NCBI GenBank assembly: GCA_951406725.2
Contig: OX597816.1
Location: 103,292,001-103,356,000, forward strand
DNA from: Octopus vulgaris
Taxonomy: Eukaryota
DNA length: 64,000 nt
Reading direction: 5' to 3'
A model generated the notes under the pieces. It saw only the letters and a list, made by a program, of their open reading frames with translations, was not told the origin of the DNA and searched no databases. The position numbers were made by a program, and so were the translations under genes. The stretch's first letter is position 1, and every line of letters starts with the position of its first letter. This document shows positions 27,575-42,444 of the stretch, in pieces.

Positions 27575-28074
27575 CATACACACATACACACACACACACA
27601 TATATATATATATACATGCATAATCACACACACATATATATACATAAACACTAGTATGCACCAGTATTTGATGATACACGTACACATATATGAATAAATT
27701 TAAACAAAACACACACATGCACACTGAAAAATATATTTGTATACACTCACACACGACACGAACACAACACATTAGAGATAATCGAAAACTCGTATTAAAT
27801 CCAGAAGTATTTAATATTTTCTACAAAAAAGTTTAACATGAAGAAACACACACAAATATACATAGAGAGAGACAAACTCATAGATAATTGCACACGTAAC
27901 AGGCATGTACACTTTGTGTAATTACCGCACAAACATACACATATCATAAGTACACATACACTGGCGCATTCATTCTGTCTCAATCAATAGATGTTTTTGT
28001 GTGGAGCTGAATATAGAATAAGATATATTTCTTCACTTTCGATACGCACAGCGACACGCACACAAACACACATA

Positions 28075-28165
<91 letters not shown>

Positions 28166-28549
28166 CAAAGTGCGCTTAGAGACATTCAACTCTAAATATA
28201 CAAGACCGCAACATATATTAGGCTTCGCTAACATAGGTCAATGTCCTCAGCATATCAAAAACTGCAACACAAAGACCTGTCTTCCGTTCCGTAACAAGAA
28301 AGATCTTTATTACCTGACAATTTCTTAACCTTTTATTAGTTTAACAGTAACTCGTGGAATACTGACTGCTCTTTACATCTGAGACAGCGCTGTAGCTACA
28401 CATTCATATATCCAAGATCGCATCTAACAAAAGGCTAACATAGTAAATTTCTTTATTAACCATGAGGTTGAGAAAAAGAGGGGACGATATGATGACAGAC
28501 AAAACAAACATTGGGGTCAGGGTATCGAATGAGACGAAACAATTAAAAT

Positions 28550-29000
28550 ATATACAATTAAATGAGAAAGAGTGATTTACAAAAAATGAAGCGGAGGACG
28601 CGGTCGACCCCACAAACCACATACTCACACTGAAGACTTTGCTTTCTCCTTTTTATATTCTCGTTTAAACAGGTTCTTTCACCCGCACGCCATGAAGTCG
28701 CTCGAGAACATATTCCAACCTCTGGCAAAATAAATACGTACTTTTTTCACTTAATGCTTTCACTCCCTCCACTCAGACACACCGGCTCATGTGACCCATT
28801 TCTCCTCTTCTCATTGCCCATACAGTCTGTTCCCATCACATACCGCCTCTAGATTAATCACTACATCCATATCTTCCTGAGTAACAAGCTGACCATTTGG
28901 AAATTTACTCTTGCTCATGATTTTACTACAGTCGCAACTAGACGTGTGACTCTGACTGCTCAAGAGAAACTTTACTCATGTCTATCTCACCGGTTAAGAA
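28550..29000 (+). pseudogene. Probable upstream part of the non-LTR element at 31010-31620
   Basis: FKQVLSPARHEVAREHIPTSG resembles the endonuclease-RT linker of non-LTR ORF2; highly decayed. Confidence 0.35.
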
Positions 29001-29213
29001 AACCATGGGACTATTCCTTTCTTTCAGAACAAACAAGTAAAAAGAAAATAGAGAAACAGAACGTGCATTCATACACACACCACTTATCATTTGTCTAGAT
29101 ATACAAGTATACGCATGTAAGTACATACATAAAACAAAACATACAAATCTGTATATATACATAATACACACATACATACATACATACATACATACATACA
29201 TACATACATACAT

Positions 29214-29244
<31 letters not shown>

Positions 29245-29349
29245 AATACCACATTGATGTTGAAATTCCATTGAAGGAGTCACGGATCTAGGTTAGAAAC
29301 CGTCTCTTTCTCCATTGGCAAGGAATGTAGAAATAACATTTGATAGTAC

Positions 29350-29417
<68 letters not shown>

Positions 29418-29519
29418 AAATATTTGTATGTATGTTTGAATGTATGTGTGTATGTATGTGTATGTATGAATGTGTGTGTGCATATATATATATATATATA
29501 TATGTAAACTGCCTCTTTT

Positions 29520-30006
29520 CACTCCTACCCACCTTCTCCCTTCCACCCTCTCCCTTCATCGTCACCCTCCCTCGTTACCCCACCCCGCATATACTAGCAC
29601 TGACCACTTCCCCTCACCCACACCAGCGTACACACTAGCACTGGCCACATCCACACACCTACACATGCATACACGAACACGTCAATGTCACCAGCCCCTT
29701 CCACACGCACATACACGCTCTCACATACATACGCACACGCACCTTCGTTTTGAGATCACCACTACTTTATTATCTTTTGTTTCTTCCTAGCTCTGCTGTG
29801 TGACCGCTCTGTCCGGCATTCGCCGTGATAGATCGCTAGCCACTAAACTTTTTTTATATTTTCTCTCCGTTTATTTCTGTGTTCCTTTCTGTCGAAGAGC
29901 GTAGATTAGAAACGTAAAAGACTTTCTCACTTCTCGAGCGTTAAACTAATACATCTGTTTGTTGTTTACACACCCATCTTCGTCTTTTGTTTTTTGTAAA
30001 TTCTCA

Positions 30007-30008
<2 letters not shown>
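29520..30008 (+). mobile_element. Penelope-like family 2, 3' end/terminal repeat
   Basis: CA-rich segment, then ccttcgttttgagatcacc... and hammerhead-like cttt-CTGTCGA...GAAACGTA-aaag; homologous to 41470-41781 and 56797-57560. Confidence 0.75.
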
Positions 30009-30066
<58 letters not shown>

Positions 30067-30112
30067 TTATATATATATATGTGCACATACATACACACAC
30101 ACACACACACAC

Positions 30113-30143
<31 letters not shown>

Positions 30144-30449
30144 TGTATGTATGTATGTATGTATGCATGTATGTATGTATGTGTATCTATATAGTCTTCG
30201 TAGTCTTTCTGACATTGCGACGACCTGCGACTCAGATCAGATGCCGCTTCATTACTGCGCCAATCCTGTTATGTTTGCTTCGTCAATCAACGATTAACGA
30301 AATTATCCCACGCGTAATTAAAATATGTTCATACGATGTAAATTGCGTAAATCAAATTCCGCATTAACTGAATCTACGAAATATACATATGCTCAAATAC
30401 ACAGTGTCAGATACATTGAAATGCACACGTACGCATACAAATACAGGAG

Positions 30450-30642
30450 CTTCTAAGTGGTTACACGACCTGTTAGAAATAGCAACCAATTCTTGCCGAA
30501 AATCTTGCCCTAATTTCTTCAATATGGCCACGTTGGATAATGTGATTCAGGACTTTTTCAGGAAAAAATAGGATGATCCCGACAGGACTACTTTTGCTTA
30601 AAGTTTCTGCTTTGATCAGGATAGACTAGGGGCTAAACAACA
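30450..30642 (+). mobile_element. Dispersed repeat family C (SINE-like, CAA tail)
   Basis: gacctgttagaaatagcaaccaa...ggataatg...ggggctaaacaac; related copies near 3240, 10940, 24440, 41060, 61570/62346 and on the minus strand near 8140-8360 and 56225-56400. Confidence 0.7.
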
Positions 30643-30931
30643 CACACACATACATACATGCATACATACATACAGACAAACAGATACGCGCGCGCACGCA
30701 CGCACACACACACACTGCTATTCTATGATATACACGTGTGCGTGTGCATCCAGACAGCAAAGCATTGTCTTTCATTCGAACAGATAATTTTCATTCATCA
30801 GATATTTTTTGAAAACCAGCCTTGAAACATTATACAATGAAGACAGGGATAGGAAACAATAAATACACGCCATTCACTTTGACCACGATTTTGGGCTCTG
30901 TCTTTCATTAAACACACACATACACACACAC

Positions 30932-31009
<78 letters not shown>

Positions 31010-31620
31010 ACACGGTGTCACGGAAGTTCTGCCACCTGTAACTTCTACAACTACTCTGCAAACACTGCCAAATTCCCAGAATTTGGAAGCTGGTCCAAAT
31101 TAAAATAACTCTAGAACAACTAAAATCCAAATGAAATATGATCATACAGACCCATCATTCTCCTACTGATACTCCAATAATAAAATTAAAATCTAGAAAA
31201 GTAATTATTGACATCACTAAATTACATATTTCTCTTTCTTCCTTTCTTTCTCTCTCTCTCTCTCTAAATCACAGCTTAGGTTCAAACCACTGAGCTTAAC
31301 CAGCTCACAGCTCACCAACCTAGCAGAAAATACATGACGGTTTCAGCAACAAACACCTCTTATATGTACTGCCCTAACTGTATTCGACATCAGCATATAT
31401 TTTCATTCCATTTCCTGCTAGCTACTCATAAAAAAAAAAGAATAAAAAGCATAACACCGCCTTTTAACAAATGCATAACGCCACCTTTTAACACAAAATA
31501 CTGGCTAACAAACTACCTGTCAGGCTGCCGAACCAATGTAGAGTGTAAGAACATCACTTCCATAAACTGCAATTTCCCGAACGGAATGCTACAGGCATCT
31601 GTCTCTGCTCTTAATTTTTT
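31010..31620 (+). pseudogene. Decayed non-LTR retrotransposon RT domain
   Basis: CQIPRIWKL, SYRPIILL, a remnant of the QxGFxP motif, and KYWLTNYLSGCRTNV...NGMLQASV (cf. GVPQGSVLSP) occur in the expected order. Confidence 0.75.
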
Positions 31621-31654
31621 TCCTCTTTCCTCTCCCAGTCATGGTGTTTTGTTC

Positions 31655-31701
<47 letters not shown>

Positions 31702-32429
31702 CCAATCAATCAATTAATCAATAACTCACTCACTCAATCAATCAATACATCTACATATGCTTCCTGTTCTTATGCACCATGGTACGTTATGCTTATGTTT
31801 TCTACTAGGCCATATTAAACATGTCATCTCTCTGAATGCAAATACCACTATAAAATAAATATAGAGGTAAGTGTTTTTTCCCCCTCTCTCATTCGTTCTC
31901 TTTCTGTACCCATTCCCCTATTCTCCATCACAACATACTCCCTATTATACTCCCCCTCTCTCATTCCTTTCTACGTGTCTCTTTTCTAATTTCCTCTCTT
32001 TTTCACACGCTATATTCTTTTCTCTTCTTCTTGATCCCTCCTTCTCTCTCTTAGTCATTTCATTCTTTCTCAGTTCCCACTCTCACTCGTAAATTATCAG
32101 CATTTTACACTCATTCCGTTGATTTTTTTTTACACTCAATCACTATCTTTCCACAACCGTTCTGTTTTGCTCAATCTTTCTCTCTCCCACTTTCTTAGCT
32201 CTCGCTCATTCTCACTCTGCCATCTACTCACTGCATTTTCTCAAATTATCTACATCGTCTTAAATCACACTCTCTCATCATTTGCTACTCACTTAGTCCT
32301 TTCCCTCTCTCATTGATCTTAACGCTCTCAGTATATTTCCCATCTCACTTTCTCATTCCTCCCCTCTTATACATTCTCCCTGCCATATTTACCCCTCATT
32401 TTTTTTTCACTTTCTTTCTCTCTCATTGC

Positions 32430-33089
32430 CAAACTTTCTATCCCATCTAAAAAACACATCCACGTCTCTTTCTCTCTCGGCCTTTCTGTCTCTCTTTCTC
32501 TCTCTTGGTCTTTCTCTCTCCCATCCAAAAAACACTCTTTTCTCTCTCTCCCTCGGTCTTTTTTCTCTCTCTCTCTCTCTCGGTCTTTCTCTCTCTTTCT
32601 TTCACGGTCTTTTATCTCTCTCTCGCTGTCTTCTTCTTTCTCTCTCCTATCCAAAAACACACTTTTCTCTCTTTCCCTCGATCTTTTATCTCTCAGGGCT
32701 TTTTTCTTTCTCTGAGTCTCTCTCTCGGTCTCTCTCTCTCTTGGTCTCTCTCTCTCTCTTAGTCTCTCTCTCTCTCTCTCTTGGTCTTTCTCTCTCCCAT
32801 CCGAAAAACACACCCTTTTCTCTCTCTCTCTCGGTCTTTTCTCTTTCTCTCTCTCGGTCTTTCTCTCTCTTTCTTTCACCGTCTTTTATCTCTCTCTCGG
32901 TCTTTCTCTCTCTTTCTCTCGCGGTCTTTCTCTTTCTCTCGCGGGCTTTCTCTTTCTCTAGCAGTCTTTCTCTATCTCTTTCGGTCTTTCTCTTTCTCTT
33001 TGCCTGTCTCTCTCTCGGTCTTTCACTCTCTCTCTCTCTCTTGGCCTTTCTCTCTCCCATCCAAAAATACACTAATTTCTCTCTCTCTT

Positions 33090-33130
<41 letters not shown>
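32430..33130. repeat. CT-rich minisatellite with recurring cccatccaaaaaacac and ggtctttctctct units
   Basis: The unit recurs at ~32441, 32520, 32646, 32796 and 33056. Confidence 0.9.
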
Positions 33131-33545
33131 GTTTTTCTTTCTAGAACAAGTGCACACACACACACGCACATCCACCCTCACCCAACCTCTCTCTCCCTCT
33201 CACACACACACACTCACAAACGCAGGCACACCTATAAAAGATGCTCGAAGACTCACACATATCCACACAAAGCATTTTCCCCTTTTCACTTCTCAAAATC
33301 ATCTTTTGAGATTCTTGAGCCTCCTAGTAAAAAATACGTTGTTAATCCTCTTCAAAGGACGGGGAAGAGAAACAGGTAAAAGGAGGAAGAGGAGGAGAAA
33401 GAGAAATAAAAGGAAGCAATAAAACAAAAAGAAAAGCAAACAAATAAAAGAAAAAGACACGAAGAAAGTTAAGAGAACGTAAACTCAAATACTAGCATTC
33501 TCTTCAGTGGTAATCTTCATATGCAATCTCCCTTTCTATTTCCAA

Positions 33546-33592
<47 letters not shown>

Positions 33593-34034
33593 CACATGCA
33601 TGCGTGTGTGTGTGTATTGTCTATTTTTTCTTTTAATATATGTATTTTCTTAGCTCGTTACTTGTTCGCTACTTCTCGCTCGAGGAGAATGGCTGATGAA
33701 GGAATCATCTTTTGTGAAATGAATAGGAACGTTAAAAGCAAATGTTTCCGGTTTATTTTTATTGACAAATTCTCTTTTGTTCATAAAATGAAAAAAAACA
33801 AAAAAACCCCAAAAATACGAAAAAAAAAAAGAATCAAAAACAAGCAAACAATAAATTCTGTTTCTCTAAAGCATGATGATGACAACCATGATGATGATGA
33901 TAATAAACCAGCATCTTCAGCGTCATCATTATATCATCCCTTGCAAATTCATCGCTGAAACTCAAGTTACAATACAGGAAACAAAATTCAAGGTTTCCAT
34001 GTTAAGTGATATCTTTTTTTTTTGCATTTTGTGT

Positions 34035-34074
<40 letters not shown>

Positions 34075-34621
34075 ATAGTCTCTGTAAAATGGTGTAATTA
34101 AACACGTATTTATTGGTATTATTCAGGTATTCATGCAGACACTCTTCCCTTTTTTTTTTTTTGAATGCAGCACATTTTAGTCTACTGTACCTCAAAACAT
34201 GTTCTACGGACCTGGATGAGAGGCTGATATATATATATATATATATATATTTTTTTTAATCGAAGTGTACAGTATTATATATCCATTACGGCCGATCTTA
34301 CCAATCAGTTTCACGCTAGGGGTTCAACGGAATGTTAGGTCTGATTATGTAACCCTATGTTCTTCAGAGGTAGCTGTTATGGAATGAAATATAGTGACTG
34401 TTCTCTATTTTTGGAAGTGAACAGACACATCCGGTTTGTGGTTGTTGTGACAAAAACGATGAAACGAACTGAGCAGGGTTTAAGTTAAGGGTTATGTTCC
34501 GTGTTACCAAAAAACATCATCTCTGGGGGTGTTGCAAGTCAGAGAGGATTTTCTGGAAAAGAGCTTACGAGAAATGTTGTGTATGTCTATGTGTATATAC
34601 ACACACATGTATATACTTATT

Positions 34622-34831
34622 GATCAAAACAGTTTGATTCAAATTCGCTGGTACTCTTGAGTTTCAAGCGTGATGCTAGTCATCAGCCATTTTGGATTTG
34701 AATGAGAAAAGTTGATTGTTATTACCATGAGGTGGGCGGCGATTGGTCGAGGAAAGTCACGCGGTGTTGTGGTTTGATGTTGGTATATGGGTAACAGAGT
34801 ACAAACGAATTTGAATCAAACTGTTTTGATC
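34622..34831. mobile_element. MITE-like element with 35-bp TIRs
   Basis: gatcaaaacagtttgattcaaattcgctggtactc (34622-34656) versus the reverse complement of 34797-34831, two mismatches. Confidence 0.8.
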
Positions 34832-34875
34832 CATACATGTAACTCTCAATAAATTCTTTCATTTTTCCATACGCT

Positions 34876-34923
<48 letters not shown>

Positions 34924-35038
34924 ATAAGCATATTCATATACATACATACATACATACATACATACATACATACATACATACATACATACATACATACATA
35001 CATACATACATACATACATACATACATACATACATACA

Positions 35039-35070
<32 letters not shown>

Positions 35071-35299
35071 CATATACATAAGTATGCATGTATGTATGTA
35101 TGTATGTATGTATGTATGTATGTATATTTGTATGTGTGCACGTAAGGCTGTGAGAAACCTGTCTGAAGAATATCTAAAATATAATAAGAATAAGAACAAT
35201 ACCAGTATCAGTTGGCCTCTTTTAGAAGTATGAGGGATTAATGGTACGAAGTTAATTACTAAGACCATGAAAGCCATGCAAAGGTTTTCGAGTCTAAAT

Positions 35300-36210
35300 C
35301 TTCAGTGATTCAGCTGTGCGAATTGAGAGACAATTATCTACTATTGCTTGCCAATGTTCACATCGGCTGTGATTCCAGTATCATCTCTTCACAATTCAAA
35401 CATGTCATGGCACAAGATTGATCAAGGAAGATGTTAAGTTTTAACAAATTGTCCGGTTTTGAAATGAAAATGAAACCAAATAACTAGATAAGAAAATGTC
35501 TTTACATAGTACCTCTAGATATTCGTTTCTGATTATAATTTTGAATATTATCACTACTGTTGGTATTGTTACCATGGATATTTTTGATTATGACTTTAGG
35601 CATTTGAGTATGTCTCAACTATATTAGCTTATTGTTCTCTCTTTCTCAAGAAATACTGTGCTGTCTGGCAGTATTTAATGGCAGTATAGAATTGCAGCAA
35701 CCAAAGTGATTGAAAAACATTCAAAGAATAAAGGATTGTTGAAGAACATATTTGATATTTCTGAGGTCCTTCATTCTTCTATAGCGATACTGCATATATT
35801 CCTGTGTAGGCTTCGACTATTACAAGCACTCAAAAGAAGCGTCCATTAATTATGTACTGTATCTACCGTTTACAACAATAGCACACCAGTCTCCCCATGA
35901 TAGAAGCATTAGCCTTAAAGGAAGACTGTGCTGTTACAGTTTTCGTTTTCTTTATGCTATGCATGGATAGCATACACCTCGACGAGGAAGCATGATCAAG
36001 TATTTGATCGCACTGATGTTGATGCAGTTGTCTATTTTTACCGCTTAGTCAGGCAGGGAAGTCCAGTACCTATGAAGAAAAGTTCCTTCCTACCCTGCTG
36101 GAAATAAGTTATTTTCAAACCGAAGGTCTGGCGCGAATGCTTGCAACAGAGTTAACTCTGTTAAAGATACCCAAAGCTGTAAGGCTGCTATTCTGAGCTA
36201 CAGGTTAGGT
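35300..36210 (+). pseudogene. Possible decayed large DNA-transposon protein (Academ/XPG-like C-terminus)
   Basis: Faint remnants CCLAVFNG, TDVDA, EEKFLPT and VWRECL, in the order seen for LPxFHAxTGCD...LPPT...YQxxxW; very decayed. Confidence 0.3.
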
Positions 36211-38335
36211 CAAGCATCAAAGAACTCAGACCGTAAAAAGACATAAACAAAAACAAAAAACAGAACAGATAGCGCAAGATGTTTTAGCATATTCGTCAGC
36301 CACGCCTGATATTTTAACATTTTCGTTAATCCACCAACCTGGATTGATTTTATGGATCCCAGAAGAATGACTTTTGCGCGATTTGAACTCAGATCATAGG
36401 AATCCGGAATAGATAGTTCGAGGCACTTTATCCTACGTTTTAACAACTCTGTCAATTCGCTGCTTATGTTTCTGTTAGTGCAGCTTTTAAGCGGCCATTG
36501 AAACTAGTACTGTGTCCATTGCAGTTGTTAGGGCAGCCATTAAGCTGATCTTGCTTTAAACATCTCCAATAACGGATTATGATACATGCAGCATCTGTCT
36601 CTCTTTGGCTAGAGGCACTTATAATTCCGACTTTAACAGTTGATTTCTTTTCTCCATAAATACACACCCCAAGAAATCTACATTCTAAAAATGGAAAAGT
36701 GGTAAGTTATGGCCGTCATATCCTTCCATAGTGTAATATCAGTGCAAGTGAATTTTATTGGCTCCACCTAGAAATCGAATCTGGCATTCCTTCTGGACGC
36801 AACCAAACTGTAGAGTACTTCTAGCACTACATCACTCGCAACAACTTATAGCTTCAATTACTGGTTTCTAATTACCACACCAGGCCGCAAATTTACAAAG
36901 GAATGGTTAAATTGATCGAATCGATAGTCCGTTATTTCATTGATCCACAGACAAACAAAATTCAAATTCGATTAGATTCCAGCAGATTTTGAACTTAGAT
37001 TCGCAAGGGGATGTAGTTAAATACTGCCGGTAATTTAGTTCGCCATTTTTGTCTATTCCTGCCAACCTCTTTCCCGTCTAGCTTCAGCAAAGGGCTCTAT
37101 CTGAGAAGAAGCAGTACGAATAACAGTGTGCTCAAAACAGTGAACCGCAATAAGTTTCTTGAGATGCTGTGGAAGCTTTTAAAAATTCATGTCTGGAAAA
37201 ATGTGTTATTCATTATTTGTTACATACATTATTATGATTTTATGATTAATAAAGCAAGTTGAATAAGGGTTTTCTATGTATATATCTATTTTCTATTTTT
37301 AACTTTAAATTTATTTAACTTTTCATAGAAAGTGCCCTAGCATTTTTTTCATTAATTTCCATTGCACCGTTAATTCTTTACTTAATCCCCACTCTGCCAC
37401 GACGTCAAATAGACATGGAACCAGTGCCTTATACAATCTAGTTTCTTTTCTTTTCTTAATTGAAATACCACATTTCTCAATTTCAGTTTCTAAATCAAAG
37501 ACGGAGAATTTTTTTAGTTCCAACGATGAACAACATATACTTATCATATTTGGGTGCTTAAGCACAGAGAAAAACAAATTTTTAGATTCATAAACAAATT
37601 TTTAGATTTATATACATGTTGCTTAAAATAGCGTTATGATTTTCGAGCTTAAACTGTTTTAATCATATGATGTTTTATAGTCTTCGATAATATGGTTTCA
37701 AGCTTCAATATGAGTGAAATTTTACCTGCAGGTATCCTTACAATTGCTCTGAGCAGTTGCTCGATTTGCTAGCCGCAGCATCTAAAATCTAACCTCAAAT
37801 TACACCACCCTGACTTTAAAAGGAGGAGCGCAAATTGCATCACATAAAATCTGGGTAACAACCACCTGATTTAATAATTGCAAATATCTAATCTTCATAA
37901 AATTTTGTTCTTTGTTTATTTGTTTTTTGTTCTTTGTTTTGCATTTGCATATGTATTCGCGCGAGCATGTGTACATACACACGTGTATATGTATACAAAC
38001 GGAAACAAAGAGCATCCAGTAGTTCATGTTGAGATATGTTAATAAGTAATCCTAACGATAATTTGGGGGGAATCTGTCCACCTGTAGCATAACTTCCGGG
38101 CTGGTGTTCAACTTTCCTCGTCTTTTTCTCCCTCTGTATGCATGTATATATGCAGGTATGTACACAGAAGACACACATATATTTCTCAACACTGTTGATA
38201 AAAACATTAGAATAAAAATATGAATCTCTATTCCGTCCATGCCTCTCACTCTCTTCTTCTCATCCTCCCTCGGTCTTTCTCTGCATCTATAATGATGCGC
38301 ATACACACGTACACAGAATTACATATATACTAATA

Positions 38336-38730
38336 CTAGCTATTTTGACCGGTTGCTTCGCTCGGGTTTTGGTGGTGGTGTTGTTTTGTGCGTGTTGTCT
38401 CCTTTTCCCTTTCTTCTTTTGTTCGTCTTCTTTGCCTGATTCTTTTTATTGCCCTCTTTTTTACCCACCCCCTTTTCCAAAATCCCCCAAATTTTTACAC
38501 CCACAATTAAAGATAACCGCCTCTAGCCCCTGCAGCAACACGAAAAGCCACCATTATTCAAACAGCACAACCTGTCTATCCCATAAAATTCAGTTTTTCC
38601 CATATTTCTCACCATGGCAACCAAACGGTAGCCCCGAACGACTTGCAATCCTCCTCACACCACTGTCCACTCCATTTTACCCCCCCCCCCAGTGTAAATT
38701 TTGGCGCCAATCCGACCCCATCTACATAAA
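38336..38730 (-). mobile_element. Non-autonomous Helitron-like 3' end
   Basis: Minus strand ends cccgagcgaagcaaccggtcaaaatagCTAG|T: imperfect GC hairpin upstream of CTAG followed by T; 5' TC end not identified. Confidence 0.5.
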
Positions 38731-38928
38731 GGAAATAAATGAGTAGCATCAATGAATAAATGAAGTTAGAAATTCATTTAAAATATATACCAAGATTTAT
38801 CTATACTAATACTAATGTACTTAACCGGTTTCACATTTTTTTGATTTTAAAAGTGCGAGATGTGAGTGATGTGGAGGTGTCTCGCAAACTGTATCGTTTC
38901 TGATACATACATACATACATACATACAT

Positions 38929-39000
<72 letters not shown>

Positions 39001-39096
39001 GGATGTATATGTATATCTTTTGAATGATAGATACGAGCGACGTAGAGGTGTGTTGCAAACTCTATCGTTTCTGATATATATGTGTGTATATGCATG

Positions 39097-39172
<76 letters not shown>

Positions 39173-39454
39173 CACAAGCAACAGGGTGACATGCACTTAA
39201 ATTATTATCAGACTACAAGCATGCACGCTCGTGAGTCTAGGAAAATAAACAAGAAGCCCTAAGTAGAATATATAATATACAAGCCAGAACTCTGAATTGA
39301 TGAAACCAGATAAAGATCTGATTAAAGAACTAAGAGTATATGTATATATTTCAATAATAATCATATCAAACCGTGCATTGGTACATATTCAAATGTATTA
39401 TGTATGCATGTAAGCATACATTTATGCGTACACATACACATACAACCCAAAAAA

Positions 39455-39507
<53 letters not shown>

Positions 39508-39584
39508 ACACATGCATATATTTGTGCTTTCATGTATGCATCTGTCTGTCTTTCTCTCTATATACGTATATGTCTGTGTGTATG

Positions 39585-39654
<70 letters not shown>

Positions 39655-39843
39655 AGAATGTATGTATATAGAATGGATTGAATGGATAAATAGTGTATCA
39701 CGTGTGTGAATGTAATTAAGTGAAAAATAGGACTCAATACAGTAAAGTAGGGCAGAATAATATTTACCGGGAGGCAAGTCTGGTTGAGTTGCTATTCAAG
39801 TTTCGCATTTACACTTCATCAGGGGATTTATTATGTATATAAT

Positions 39844-40345
<502 letters not shown>

Positions 40346-40654
40346 ATGCATGTACATATGTATGCATTTATGAATCTACACGCGTACACACATATATGTA
40401 TGTATGTATGTATCTTTTGTGTATAATGCTATTGTGTATTGTTTATTTGTGAAACAACTTCGACAACTGCAATACAGTAGCAGCTGCAACAACTGCATTT
40501 CGTCTGTAAGAGTAACCATATCAAATGCATATGGATATGTATTTATCATTTTGCAAGTGCATTAACTGGTGTAGTTACACCACCATTACTTTATTACGGA
40601 TATCCTTGCAGCTAAGAGTATTGCTATAGTCATCGTAATAATCATAATATTCTT

Positions 40655-40670
40655 CACCACCACCACCACC

Positions 40671-40702
<32 letters not shown>

Positions 40703-41022
40703 CAACAATTACCACTACAGCATCAACAACAGCAACATCAAAAACAACAGCAGCAGAAGCATCAACCGCACTACCACCACCACCACCACCACCACCGCTA
40801 ACATCAACAACAGCAGCAAGAACCACACCACCACCACCACCACTATCACCACCGCCACCACTAAGACCTACAACCACACCACCACTGCTACCATCACCAC
40901 CACCACCACCACCGCCACCACCACCACACCACCACCACCACCACCACCACCACCACCACCACCACACCCACCAACACCACCACCACCACCAACAACAACA
41001 ACAAGAGCAGCAACAACAACAC
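40655..41022. repeat. (CAC/CAA/CAG)n trinucleotide array
   Basis: Read directly; explains the poly-G/W/V ORF. Confidence 0.95.
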
Positions 41023-41469
41023 CGGCATGACACTAACATAACCTACTACGAATCAAGTCGTTCGGCTTGTTAGAAATAAATTTCAATCAAACGGTATCCA
41101 ACCATGGACCCACCTTCACCAATGAACTGACCAAATTTTCGAACCAAACAGGGTGTCACTATGTAATCGTTCAATGTGTTAGAAATAACAGCAAAATTTC
41201 ACTCAAATCATACCCTACAAGTACCCTAAAATAATAAAAGTTAAATATGTTCTGAGTTCCCTGTGCACAGAATAAAAGTGCGATGGTCACGAATGGAATG
41301 TTTTTGATCATCGGTCTGACCTGGGACTACATGACTGACCCTCTGCCTTCCCTGTGTCTGTTATATGGAAGGGGAACTAATGTTACACGGACACAAAACA
41401 CCACGACTATCTCCAGGACGACGACATCCACCAACAACATCAACACCTACTGCTGCTCTTACCATCACC

Positions 41470-41937
<468 letters not shown>

Positions 41938-42103
41938 TCTTTACTCTTTTACTCTTTTACTCTTTTACTTGTTTCAGTCATTTGACTGCGGCCATGCTGG
42001 AGCACCGCCTTTAGTCGAGCAAATCGACCCCGGGACTTGTTCTTTGTAAGCCCAGTACTTATTCTATCGGTCTCTTTTGCCGAACCGCTAAGTGACGGGG
42101 ACA

Positions 42104-42178
<75 letters not shown>

Positions 42179-42444
42179 AGTCTTTGTGTTTGGTCCCTAC
42201 TACCGCTCAAGAACCAGTGTTAGTTTGTTTACATTCTTGTAACCTGGTGATTAGCCAAAAGAGACCTGCAGAATAAATAACAAGTTTAATCAGTGCTGAG
42301 GTCAATTAGTTCGACTAAACATCCTTCCAGATGTCTCAGCATGGCCGCTGTCCAGTGATGGACACAAGTAAAAAGATATAGATAAAACTTCCTAAATTAC
42401 TCCCCATCAGGAAGGAGACACTGGATAATGTAGTCGAAGATATT

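Noticed and set aside
28629-28721. Apparent 93-nt symmetric exon on the minus strand (ttttgccag ... GTGAGT)
   Set aside because: Peptide not recognisable, and the + strand is better explained as decayed LINE ORF2; RNA-seq would settle it
32426-33379. 317-aa ORF and overlapping ORFs
   Set aside because: Translation of a CT-rich minisatellite; stop-free because of low complexity
36760-36840. Degenerate tRNA-like sequence on the minus strand
   Set aside because: A and B boxes and stems too degraded to call
39790-39828. Minus-strand CTGATGA...GAAAC hammerhead-like core
   Set aside because: Stem II is weak and no NUH site with a matching stem I was found
40575-41039. Gly/Trp/Val-rich ORF
   Set aside because: Trinucleotide repeat array with no supporting gene structure
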